A DNA stretch of 63,292 bases, counting the filler, from Atractiella rhizophila (taxonomy: Eukaryota): NCBI GenBank assembly GCA_021432655.1. It is 4 parts of 4 records of this genome, joined end to end, with 100 filler letters (N's around TTAATTAATTAA, not from the genome) between each part and the next. Parts side by side here need not be neighbours in the genome. Positions count along the whole stretch, not along the records: positions 50,127 to 60,015 come from MU271202.1; positions 60,116 to 63,292 come from MU271211.1; 2 more parts are not named here. The stretch is one strand, 5' to 3'. Under the pieces are notes generated by a model. It was not told the DNA's origin. It searched no databases and was given only the letters and a program-made list of their open reading frames with translations. A program made the translations under genes and the position numbers. Positions 50,127 to 61,426 of the stretch are shown here, piece by piece. Positions within the stretch are counted from its first letter, which is position 1. Each line of letters opens with the position of its first letter.

Positions 50127-50755
50127 GTTTCTTCGCTTCGTTCTCTGCTCGCGCAATCTGACGTTGACGCCATTCTTCTTGTTTTCTCTGCGCTTCTTCC
50201 GCCTGCACCGATCACATTCAACAATCCAAAAATACAATGAGAGGAAGGAATACGCACCTGAGCCTCCTTATTAAACGCTCGTCCCTCCACATGATGTTCC
50301 GAAATCCCCAAAGCCTTCCTCATCTTCTCCGTCTCCTCCACCTTCCTCAACGTCATCTCCGTCCCGCTCTCCTTCTCCCCAAGTCTCCTCCTCACCTCCC
50401 CTTCCTCCGCCTTCAACTTCTCCCTCAACTCCTCCACCCTCCTCGTCACCTCCTCCTCCCCCACACCTTCGTCCTCAAGCTCTATCTGCAGCTCCATACA
50501 CTTGTTCTCGATGGCCCGCTTGCGCTCGTGTTCGAGAATGGATGCGTCTGGCGTACGGTGCGTGACGATGCTGTAGTCCGCGTTGGGCGAATACGTTGCT
50601 GCGCTGTCCCGTACACGTAGTGCTGCTAGGTTGCGTTGGATGTATCCTGACGTCCCTGAGCCACGCGGAGTGGTGAGTCCGATGCCGTTGTAGGACCTGA
50701 GACATGACCAGCATTACATTCCCAGTAGTATTGGCAAGAAAGGAAGGACAAACAT
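50127..50755 (-). CDS. CWC21: Splicing factor Cwc21/SRRM2 N-terminal part, copy A (cut by the spacer)
   Basis: MSYNGIGLTTPRGSGTSGYIQRNL...PDASILEHERKRAIENKCMELQIELED. The ATG is split by an intron. Confidence 0.9.
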
Positions 50756-51484
50756 GGCGACCAATATCTCGTGCTTCTACTCCAATAAACGCAGTAAAGG
50801 TATTGTCAGAGGTGACCAGGGTTAGTACGAAGCGAGAAAAGAGGAACTGGTTGAATAACAACTCCAGACAGCAAGCGAGGTCGTCGTTTTTGCCACCTTT
50901 CTTAGGGTTGTGGTTTGTCTTGCATAAACGCGTTGCTTGCTGAAATATTGAATCTGAGGCGGACGCGAGCATCAGGGTCTGTTGTTGCTGGTATTAGCAT
51001 AATTTAAAGAAGGCATAAGGTACGCTTTTTTCCTTTAGCCTGCTCGCACAAGGTGGGAGCTGTTTGATCTGATTTTGAGGGAATGAGACGCGTCCTTTCC
51101 AATGCTGTCGCATATATTATACTCTGCCTTTTGTCCTTTAGAATGGCTACCGTCCTAAAGACTACCTAGGATGATCTCGGTGTTTAAACAGAGATGCATC
51201 AGGCGTAACTGGACCGTTCCATGGAAGTCGCGTAGCTTTTGAGCTCAACATTCCTGACTGGCTAGATTCCCTGTCAATGTGCTAGTAAAGTCTTATTGTA
51301 CTGTCTGAAGGGAGGCGACGGCAACTGCTCATGTTCGTTCTGAAAGCACTTATTTTCAAAGAAAAGACGAAACGTCTGCAGCAGTCACTGTGCATTATCT
51401 GGAATTGAGTAGCACCGTATAAAAGTGACTGAGCTTCTCTTCCTTGGAGGTGGGCATTAGTAACCTTGCTGGCTCATGAGAATA

Positions 51485-52469
51485 CCTTCGAATCCAACGG
51501 AGGAGAGCGCGAACGGGAGAGGGAACGGGAGCGAGAGCGACCTCGAGGAGGAGACGGTGAGCGTCTCCTACTCCTCTCTCGTGGATTCGACGGCGCGGCT
51601 CCTCGTCTCTCATCGCCTCGACGGTCATTAAAAGGCGGCGGACCATCTCCACGGGTCCTCTGTCGCTCTTCTCCCACCTGCCAAGAGCAATGGGTTATTC
51701 TCATTCGAGTTAACTTTCAAGTGAGAGCTAACACACCTTTGTCTTTTGATTTTGCTTTTTTTCTTCCAGCTCTCGAGTCGCCCTTTCGCGACCTTCGGCA
51801 ATCATCCTGCCCACTTCTGCTCTACGCTCTCGTTCCATTCGTTTCTTCGCTTCGTTCTCTGCTCGCGCAATCTGACGTTGACGCCATTCTTCTTGTTTTC
51901 TCTGCGCTTCTTCCGCCTGCACCGATCACATTCAACAATCCAAAAATACAATGAGAGGAAGGAATACGCACCTGAGCCTCCTTATTAAACGCTCGTCCCT
52001 CCACATGATGTTCCGAAATGCCCAAAGCCTTCCTCATCTTCTCCGTCTCCTCCACCTTCCTCAACGTCATCTCCGTCCCGCTCTCCCTCTCCCCAAGTCT
52101 CCTCCTCACCTCCCCTTCCTCCGCCTTCAACTTCTCCCTCAACTCCTCCACCCTCCTCGTCACCTCCTCCTCCCCCACCCCTTCGTCCTCAAGCTCTATC
52201 TGCAGCTCCATACACTTGTTCTCGATGGCCCGCTTGCGCTCGTGTTCGAGAATGGATGCGTCTGGCGTACGGTGGGTGACGATGCTGTAGTCCGCGTTGG
52301 GCGAATACGTTGCTGCGCTGTCCCGTACCCGCAATGCTGCTAGGTTGCGTTGGATGTATCCTGACGTCCCTGAGCCACGGGGAGTGGTGAGTCCGATGCC
52401 GTTGTAGGACCTGAGGCATGACCAGCATTACATTCCCAGTGGCATTCGCAAGAAAGGAAGGACAAACAT
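51485..52469 (-). CDS. CWC21: Splicing factor Cwc21/SRRM2, copy B, with an RS-rich tail (3' end probably cut at the junction)
   Basis: Same cwf21 domain, followed by RERSRRRSPSPPRGRSRSRSLSRSRSPP. Confidence 0.9.
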
Positions 52470-53537
52470 GGTGACCAATGTCTCGTACTTCTACTCCAAT
52501 AAACGCAGTAAAGATATTGTCAGAGATAACCAGGTTAGTGCAAAGCGTGAAAGAGGGAACTGGTTGATAACAACTCGAGGCAGCCAGCGAGGTCGTCGTT
52601 TTTGCCACCTTTCTTAGGGTTGTGGTGTGTCTTACATCAACGCGTTCCTTGCTGCTGAATATTGAACCTCAGGCGGACGCGAGTATCTGAGCATCATCAG
52701 AATCTGTTGTTGCTGGTATTAGCATAATAATTGAAAGAAGGTATAAGGTGCGCTTTTTTCATTTCGCCTGTTTGCACAGGGTGGGATCGATTTTGAGGGA
52801 AGGAGACGCGTCCTTTCCAGTGCTGTCGCATTCCCTGTAGTCTGCCGTTTCGTCCTTTAGCTTTAATGGCTACCGTCGTAAAGACTATCAAGGAGGATCT
52901 CGGCGTTTAAAAAGAGATACATCAGGTGAATTATCTACGGAACTGGATCATTCCATGGAAGTCGCGTAGCCTTCGGGCCCAAACCTCTGCAGCAGACAAC
53001 TTGCCAACATTACAGTGCCGTCCCTTTCGCGAAATGATGGTTAAATCCCGAGGTCGACGGATATGGTGACAAGCGGGGGGTTTGATTTGCACTTTAGGAT
53101 GAAAAAGTGCTCTCACGTTTATTCAGCCTCCATCTTCACCTGATGCAGGATGCATGGAAGGGATGTGACACCGCGCACTGCCTAGAATTGAGTAGCACGG
53201 TATAAGAAGTGAATGAGCTGCTCTTCCTTGGAAGTGGGCATTAGTAGCCTTGCTTGCTCATGAGAATCTCGTCTCATGTTGCTGTTAACAACAGTTTAGA
53301 GAGATGACCAGTTGCTTGGATCGAAATGTTGGAATGTTCGCTGAAATATGTCTGCGCCAACTTGCGACTCGGCACTTACAACTTAGCAAATAGTACATCT
53401 TTACAAGTTCAGGTGTGATTCTCAGTCGTCTATGTTCACCTGTCCCTAGGAACGAAGACCACTCCCTCTGCGTTCAACCAGCTTCTTTGGATTCAACTGA
53501 CCATGTTGTCGCAGTGGATCTAGCTCCATTCCAGTCC

Positions 53538-54915
53538 ATGTAAGCGACCAAATGTACAAGCGACTTAACTGATCCAAATTGCAGGGCAGGCGTTCAACAC
53601 CTTACTCCACTGCACCACCTTTTTCTCCAATCACTCCTCTCCCACCGGTGTCTGCTCACTTGGGCACAAGGAAACAAGATCTTTCGACGATGCAAGGAAT
53701 TGACGGAGTCTCAGTACGAACACAATTTGAAATCTTTTATAAGTGAGCTCAACAATGGCTTGCATCCGTTGAAACTACGAGTTGAAGAGGCAACCGATGA
53801 AGAAATTGATGTGGATGGAGAGTTGGACGATATTTATATAAATCGGATCATCGTATTGGTCCTCTTTCTTTCCATCAAAGTATTTCGCCTTGTCTAACCC
53901 CTTGTAGGTCAATGTTGAAGGAGATGATGCTGTTGCACAACTGGCAACCACACTCACTCCTCTCGAGATCTCATACTTCCGACAAATGGTTGAGGGAATT
54001 TTCTCTACCGGAGACTCATACTATCTACGACATCACGAAGCACTTTCCGTCGCCTCACATCCAAAAGTTAAGCCAGGGACGTTAACGAAGACGGGGGCGG
54101 AAGACGTCCTTCGCAAGCTTGTGTACCTTGGCTGGCTCCTGGAACGGGAAGTAGGGGAAGGAGCAACCATTTATCTCCTTAGCCCAAGGTCGCTTCATGA
54201 GCTCAATAATACGCTCAAGACGAACTATGGGGAAGATGAAGAAGGGAACGCGGGTTTGAAGGGAGGTTGGGTCGAATGTGAATATCACAATTGTCGGAAG
54301 GTGGTCACCAATGTATGCTCCCCTTCCTAACGAAAGGAGTTATTCTGATCTCATGTAGGGTCTGAAATGCCCTCATGTGGGATGTACGGCTAGGTTTCAT
54401 CGTTTTTGCCTGAAGCGTCATCAGAAGGAAATGAACGCTCGGAATCAGAATCAACCTGTCAAATGCCCTGCCTGTCAAAGGTCTTTCTCGTTCACCTGTT
54501 CCTGTCGTTCATCGCTGATTTTAAGTGCAGGAATATGCCAAAGACCGATGCTGCGTTCGAGGAAATTGGTCCTGGGGCAGAACACGTGTTCAATCTCGAG
54601 TGGGATGAAGATGAGGAACAGTCGCAACCGAAGACACACACTCAAACTCGACGAGGAAAGAAGGAAAAGGAAAAGGGCAGTGACGACGATGATGAGGAGG
54701 AAGAAGATGAGGATGGAGAGGATGAAGAGGATGAAGAGGAGCCTAGTCAGCGATCGGGGAAGAAGGGGAAGAAGACTAGGAAAGAAGACGAGATGGACGT
54801 GGACGAGGATGAGGATGAAGACGAAAAACAATCACCACTGAAGACAACTACGAGGCCGACGAGGAGAAGCGCCAGGAAGAAGGCCGTGGAATCGTCGGAT
54901 GATGAAGATGAATAA
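53538..54915 (+). CDS. NSE1: SMC5/6 complex subunit Nse1
   Basis: HHLFLQSLLSHR, LVN..GD.VAQLATTLTPLEISYFR, AEDVLRKLVYLGWL, LSPRSLHEL, a RING-like C..C...C....C..RFHRFC...CPAC, and an acidic tail. Confidence 0.9.
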
Positions 54916-55232
54916 AGATTGGATACAGTGTGTGGTTTCTTTGCACAATTTCATACAAGTCACCGCTGAGTTGGGCCAATGGTTGCAGGATGCTATACTT
55001 TTCGCATTTCGGCAGCTGTATTATTCCAGCTTTTTGTCAGGTAGATTGTACAGTATCTTATCCTCCTACTTTTAGCGCCTTGTTTCCTCACTTTCGTAGG
55101 AGCCATTGCTGAGACAAGACAACGAAAAACGGATTTGGGACTGCAAGGTTGTAAGAGTAAGGTATCCGTTGTCGCAGAAGGCTGCCAACGTCACTCACCT
55201 ATTCATATCCCCTTTTTGTAGTTCAACCACAA

Positions 55233-55544
55233 TCATCCCATGACCCTAAACTGATTTTTCCTCGTAAACTTCGTCATCCCCTTCTCAAACTCTCCATCCA
55301 CAATTTCGTTTCCCAATCCTCCCCCATCCCTATCCTTCAATGCGGTCTCAAGTTCAGCGTCTCGCTCAGCAATCGAGCGTTTCTTTTCCTCCACCTTCTT
55401 CATGCTAGCCTCACTGGCGACCTCCACCTTTGCCTGTAGTTCTTCAGACCTGACCGTTGTATTCGTGACGGTGGCGAGAGACCTCCCTCTCCCACGGAGA
55501 TGGTGACTGATGGAGGGGAGAAGACGAGGACGCAGGGAAATCAT
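55233..55544 (-). CDS. Small fungal protein, probably mitochondrial
   Basis: Arg-rich, acid-free N-terminus, then KKRSIAERDAEL...GGG...DGE...KNQFRVMG. Confidence 0.55.
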   Translation of the reverse strand: MISLRPRLLPSISHHLRGRGRSLATVTNTTVRSEELQAKVEVASEASMKKVEEKKRSIAERDAELETALKDRDGGGLGNEIVDGEFEKGMTKFTRKNQFRVMG

Positions 55545-55751
55545 GGCGCGTAACAAGGCTTCGAGAAGTACTGGCTGAACGGGCCACAGTCTTGAATGGA
55601 GCGAGCGTTGGTCACAATTCTTCTTCGGCTTCGTTGATCGAGCTTCACGTCGGGAGCGGAGACTAAGCCGTCGTTCTTTGCTAGTTTAGTCCATGCTTGT
55701 TGACACTTCATCTGTAGATTGCTACTAGCTTTCATCGCGCATCATCCTGTC

Positions 55752-56203
55752 ATGTCCTCGCTCCCTCCCGAAACAGTCGAATTCGCGCATAAGGTCTTCG
55801 ATCTAGCACGCTCCGGTGATGTGACCACTCTGCGAACCTATCTCGAAGCAGGACTGCCAGCAAACCTGACGAATGCAGCAGGCGACACGCTTGTTAGTCT
55901 TTCCCAATCATCCTCCGAGATCTCATCTCATCGGATACGAAGGTGATGCTATCCGCATATCGCGGCCATCCTTCCCTCCTCCAGGTTCTCCTCGAAGAAT
56001 TTAAAGCAGACCCAAACCGATTGAACGAGAAGAACCAGTCTCCTCTGGCCGGCGCGATATTTAAGGGAGAGAAAGAGTGTGTGCGCATCCTTGCAAGGAA
56101 TGGAGCGGATTGGGATGCGGGAACTCCGAGTGCCAGAGAGGCTGTTGGTGTCTTCAATGCGACATGGATCAACGAGGAGGGCCTGTTGCCACCGAAGAAG
56201 TAA
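55752..56203 (+). CDS. Small ankyrin-repeat protein
   Basis: FDLARSGD...NLTNAAGDTLVMLSAYRGH...ADPNRLNEKNQSPLAGAIFKG...GAD. One intron. Confidence 0.9.
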
Positions 56204-56499
56204 TCGATCGTGTTTGTATGACCAAATGATGGCAGTGATTAGAGGCATGTTTTGATGCACGTAAGAGCATCAGTGTGATGATTACTTGCGCAGGACTGAC
56301 GCTTCGAAGACTTAAGGGAGGAAAGAAGGGAGAATATGTTGTATTTTACTACTTTTGAGGACCGATGTGATAAATATCAACCATTTTCCATAATGCCTCT
56401 CCTTTCCTCCAATGTCGAATACTCATACCCAAAACTCAAAACTCCACAATCTAATCCTAATCCTATCTTCTCCATGCAGATACATGGCAGAATTGAAGT

Positions 56500-57598
56500 C
56501 TAACAAACGGGGTTCAACTTGCCGGTCCTCAACTCATAAACCCATCCAGCAACATCAACATTCTTCCCCTTGTCTCCCGCCGCCTTGAGGAGACTGGAAG
56601 CCTTGATGTCAGCCACTGTCTTGCGGACGTGTTCCTCGACGAGCCGATCGAGGAGAGCATGGGTTTGTAAGGCGTCTACGGCTTCTGAGTTGGAATGAGG
56701 GAGGACCTTTTCGCGCGCCAGGTTCCTGGAAGGAGAACATTATGGTGAGCTACATGCTTATGGAGTGATAAATGGAAGGAGGGAGAGATGGAGCACGAAC
56801 ACAATGGGTTCCAGCCATTGAGAAATGGCAGCGTCTCCGTCTTCCTCCTAAAGCGCCCCGCCCTCGTCAGCTTATTTATCCGGAGTAGGAAGACGAGGAG
56901 GATAATGGAAAGAAAGGAAAGGACGAACAGGCTTGTGTCTCCTCTTGTGCAGCGCATAATGTTCATCTCCTTGCTGCGCCGCGCTTAGAGAAGCCAGACA
57001 GCCACCACAGGAGGAGTGGCCGCAGACGACGATGTGCTCCACACCTGCCCTCACGAGCATCGCCATCAGCTATAGTGCACATTTACTGCTTGAGGAGAAC
57101 AGGAAATGGATTGCTTATCACAGGAAGGGAAGGGATAGGAGGACTCACCGAGATGGTTGACTGCGTATGCGAGCGCCGCGAGAGCGGATTTGTCGAAGGC
57201 GTGGAAGGAGTTGGCGATGTTTCTCTGCATCCCTTTGTCAGTACAGCATTCAATCCCAATCAAGCCTGGATGAGGGGAAATGGTCAGAGCAAGACTCACA
57301 TGCACGAAGATGTCTCCTGGTTGAGCACCTGTTATGATCGATTCGGGCACTCTGCTATCGGAGCAGCCTATCCATCACAAATATATTCAGTCAGTGCCCT
57401 GTCATTGCGCTTCATAGCCGTCTCGGCCTGCATGAGCTTGCTCTCAAGCTCACGCTCAACGTGGAACGAGTGTTGAGGAGAAGACGAACCGAGCCAGAAC
57501 ACCTTTGGACTCTGTCCCTTGGCCAATGTATCTCTGAGCACAGGGTCGTAGTGTGAAGCGAACGAATCATTTCTGTTGAGAAGAGTTTGAAGGTCCAT
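56500..57598 (-). CDS. Beta-class carbonic anhydrase (NCE103-like)
   Basis: [60 protein letters not shown]. Confidence 0.95.
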
Positions 57599-57846
57599 TG
57601 TCAAAGTGGAATCTGGGTGGACGAATATTCTCCTGAGGTCTGTCTAGATATCAACCGGGTTCTCTACTCGTATCCTAAACCAGTTAGAGAGTACGACTGA
57701 AGCTGGTATTTATTTTGAGGCTGGTCTCGGTTGGGTTACCCTTCTGTCAACTAGCATATCTGGATCCAACTTACGCGGGCAGCCAAAATTACCTCCGTGA
57801 CCACATATTCCGGTCGGGGGTTCCGCCACCTTAGTGATTAAATAAC

Positions 57847-57897
57847 TCGGCGACCGAAGAGCCGACTGTGAATTCAACCGGCCTTATCGGTCGCCGA
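57847..57897. repeat. ~50-bp imperfect palindrome upstream of the carbonic anhydrase gene
   Basis: Perfect arms TCGGCGACCGA / TCGGTCGCCGA, inner GCCG/CGGC, and central TGAATTCA. Confidence 0.8.
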
Positions 57898-58288
57898 ACT
57901 TTCATTGAATCTGACCTGCCAACCGGAACCCTCTTGTTTTACATCCTTATCACGATATCCTTTTTCATCTTATCAACAACTCGTCAAACGATGGTATTGA
58001 ACACTGCAATTGTCTCTAAATACAAATGAGCCGTTTCGCTGCAAGAAGGGCAATAGCATGCACTTCGTCAAGCATTTCATGAACGCCTCTCGATTGTCAT
58101 CTAATCGCCATCAGAGTCTTCCCCCTTCAAGCTCATTGATATAGATAACGAAATGATGGTGATACAATACTTTTAGAGTACACAATACAACCTCTTCATT
58201 CTCACCGTTATAATGAGTGGTGACCGATACAAACCCTTTGCTCCATTCCCTTGACACGGCAACAAACAACAAATCAAAGAAAGAACGA

Positions 58289-59069
58289 TTAAGCCCTCCT
58301 CCACTCTGGTCTCTCCCTTTCACTCGCATCCGAGCCTCTACTTTCCCTCTCCCTCTCCCTCAACAAATCATGATCAAGCGCCCCCATGCCCGCCATTCCC
58401 TCCCCTCCACCACCCGCTCCTCCAGACGCAGGGTCGGGTCCGAAGCCCCATGCCTCCCTCATCCTCTCCCTCAACTCTTCAGGGCTGCGCGTTCTCCTCA
58501 AGGCCAAGTCGGTCGGGTCTGATTTCTGCGTGGGAGGTATTAGAAACTCGCGGTGCATTTCTTAGAGGAATAAGGGTGGGAGGGAGGACTTGCTGATGGG
58601 GTGATTGGGGTCGGGGTGGAGAATGATTTCGGGGAGAAGTTGGACATCATTCCTTTCGCGGAGGAGACGAATCCATCCCAGAACCTGCTCATCAACATCA
58701 ATCAACTGTCTTTCCAAATGAATAAAAAAGGCAGAAATGCAAGAGCTCACTTTGGCTTCTGACCTCCCTTCGAAGCATCCACATTCGGAGTTTCTTGTCT
58801 CGACATTCTTTCGCCTCCTGTCAATTATTTATTTACCGCTGGTGTCCTTATTTGTTCGGTTTTTGAAGGAAAGAAGAGAGAATGAGCCTTTTTCTTTTTA
58901 TATTGCTCTCTTGGTGCTTGGTGGCGAAGGAGCAGGTGACGAGGCCGCTCGCCCCGCATCCTTCCCTGCCGACACTAACATTGTTCACCTTCAACAAGGT
59001 AAATAGCAGCGCCGGGCTCCTCCGGTTCCTGGGGGTGCCGTTGTGATTGCTCACGGTGTGTCGTGGCAT
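58289..59069 (-). CDS. Possible hypothetical protein (multi-exon, basic)
   Basis: Short ORFs separated by intron-like segments. The model is not resolved. Confidence 0.25.
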
Positions 59070-59455
59070 GATTGAGGGATGTTGTGAAGGATGTCGTGAA
59101 AGATGTTGAAAGTGGCAAGCAAAAGCAAAAGCAGGTGTCCACTCAGGTGCCAGATGTTGTTCCTGATGGTCCTGCTGCTTCTCGAGCTCGAACTTAGAAA
59201 TCGCGATGGTGAGGATGGAATGGATCGAAGAAGGAAGTTAAAACGAGTGTCTTACAGAATATATATTCCATTCGCTCCCCAGAACTACAGAGGAAGAGAA
59301 GGATGACATACTCAATACCATAGCCCGAAACCGTCAAGTCACACATCGATCGACTCAGAAAAATGACCGGAACAACTCCATCCCACTCCTCACTCCCTGC
59401 TCTCGCCTCCTATTTCACGATCCAAACGGAACGAAATAAAGTAAAGGGGGCAAGA

Positions 59456-60015
59456 CTATGATCCTGGATTACCTCCTTGAATCTCCGGGAACCGACTTGG
59501 GTATGGGCTTCCACCGAACCCTTCGTGCGGGTACTGTCCTCCAAGATGACCATGGGTGCCATACATGGATCCTCGCCCATACGCTCCATCCGTACTCGGA
59601 GTATCGACCGGTGGAGGTGGTTGAATTGGAGGCATGGAACCAGGATAGGGCAGGGAAGAAGCCTGCAACTGATGAGCGTTCCTTATCTCGTTCATCTCTT
59701 CCCTCCCATGTCCGTATCCTATAGAATGTAACGAATGAGAAGGGTGCGATCCGTGTCCGTCGCTGCGTTGTCCAGGAGTAGAACCTGGTGGGGGAGGGGT
59801 GAAGGGAGAGGGAGAGAAGGGTTGGGTGGGCGGCATCGGTATGGAGCTATTGACGAAGGAGGAATCGGTAGATTTCGCGGGCGAGTATTGTCGTCGTCGT
59901 CGGTAGAGGAAAATGGCAAGAGCGATGATCGCCAACCCGCCAACCACGCCTCCAACGGCTGCTCCAACGATGGCACCAGTGTTAGAACCTCCACCTGACT
60001 TGTTTGACTTGTTAT
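59456..60015 (-). CDS. C-terminus of a single-pass membrane protein (Mid2/Wsc-like TM segment and Pro-rich tail), partial
   Basis: SNTGAIVGAAVGGVVGGLAIIALAIFLYRRRR followed by a P/S-rich tail. The 5' part is cut by the spacer. Confidence 0.75.
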
Positions 60016-60115
60016 NNNNNNNNNNNNNNNNNNNNNNNNNNNNNNNNNNNNNNNNNNNNTTAATTAATTAANNNNNNNNNNNNNNNNNNNNNNNNNNNNN
60101 NNNNNNNNNNNNNNN
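60016..60115. other. Artificial 100-nt spacer (44 N + TTAATTAATTAA + 44 N)
   Basis: Same linker as at 28676. Confidence 0.98.
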
Positions 60116-61295
60116 CTTCCAAGTCTGTTCAAAGAAGCTCGTTCACAAATCCCTACTTTGGATTTCGACGAGCTGAAGGGGAGGACGAAGGAGTTTATTT
60201 TCTGCGAGAGTGAATTACCAAATCAGTCAGAGGTGCCTCTCTTCGATTTGCGCCGTTTCTTCACTCTTTTGAAGACCTATCGTTCCGCAGTCTCGTCAGA
60301 AAGTGTTTCGGAGTTCGGAAGCCTCTTGTTCTATGGAGAGTCGTTGACGAGTACCCAAACGCTACTTGACAAGTACGCCATTCTTTCATTCGCTCACGGT
60401 CAGAAAAAGCGTGATCAAATATCTTAGGAATCCAACCGTGCTTTCCCTTGTGCCTCTACACACCGTCTTCCTCGCTTCCCACCAAATCTCAGGCCGTGGA
60501 CGGGGCACGAATCCATGGGTCTCGTCGCCCGGCTGTCTCCAATTCTCGTTCACGCTCTCTCTCCCTGCAACATTTGCCATGAGAGTGATTTTCATCCAAT
60601 ACATAATGGGCCTTGCAGTTGTTGAAGGTCTTCGAAGCGAAGGCGTGTACAAAGACTTGCAGATCAGACTTAAATGGCCCAACGATGTTTATGTTGAGAT
60701 GGATGATGGGAGAGGGGAGAGATGGAAAAAAATTGGTGGAATCCTAGTTAATTCCACGTTCATCAACAATGTATTCCAGATTGTAGTTGGTAAGTCCCAT
60801 CTGTGACAAACGTGACTGAAGTACTGAACAATTAACCATAGGCTGTGGAATCAACACATCCAACCCTCGTCCAACAACATCGATCAACGAACTCATAGAG
60901 TATCAGAACCGTAATCTACCACGAGAAACCGCCCCAATCCCGGCATTAACACAAGAAGAGCTTCTCGCCAGAGTCCTCATCAAGTTCGAAATCATGTATC
61001 GCAGTTTCATTTCGACCCAAGGCGACTTCCGACCGTTCCTTGATTCTTATATCCAGCACTGGCTTCACAGGCACGTCTTCTCATTCTCAGCTAACCATAG
61101 AAGCAGTTTAATCCTTAGCATAGCGACCAACTCGTGACGATTGAAGAAACGGACGAAAAGGTCATCATCAAAGGCATCACTGAAGATTCTGGTTTGCTGA
61201 GGACTGAAAGCGTAGCATCGAGGCAAATTATTGATCTTCAACCGGATGGCAACACATTTGATATGATGCGAGGATTGCTCAAAACAAAGAAATAG
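60116..61295 (+). CDS. BPL1: Biotin-protein ligase, C-terminal part
   Basis: STQTLLDKN, QISGRGRGTNPWVS, LKWPNDVY, KIGGILVNS, GCGINTSN, QPDGNTFDMMRGL. Confidence 0.95.
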
Positions 61296-61426
61296 TATCA
61301 TGTTATATTCTACAGGACGGTCTCAGGCCGTACCGCGAAGGCAGAATATAAAGGAGAATACAAATTGGAAGCGTCATTATATACAACTTTACTCAGAATA
61401 CCCGCTAATGTAAGGAGAACAGCAAA

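Larger units (their letters stand above)
50127..53267. repeat. Tandem duplication of CWC21 and its upstream DNA (50127-51483 matches 51841-53267)
   Basis: Coding parts are nearly identical and upstream parts are much more diverged, with one unalignable stretch. The junction A is at 51484. Confidence 0.9.
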
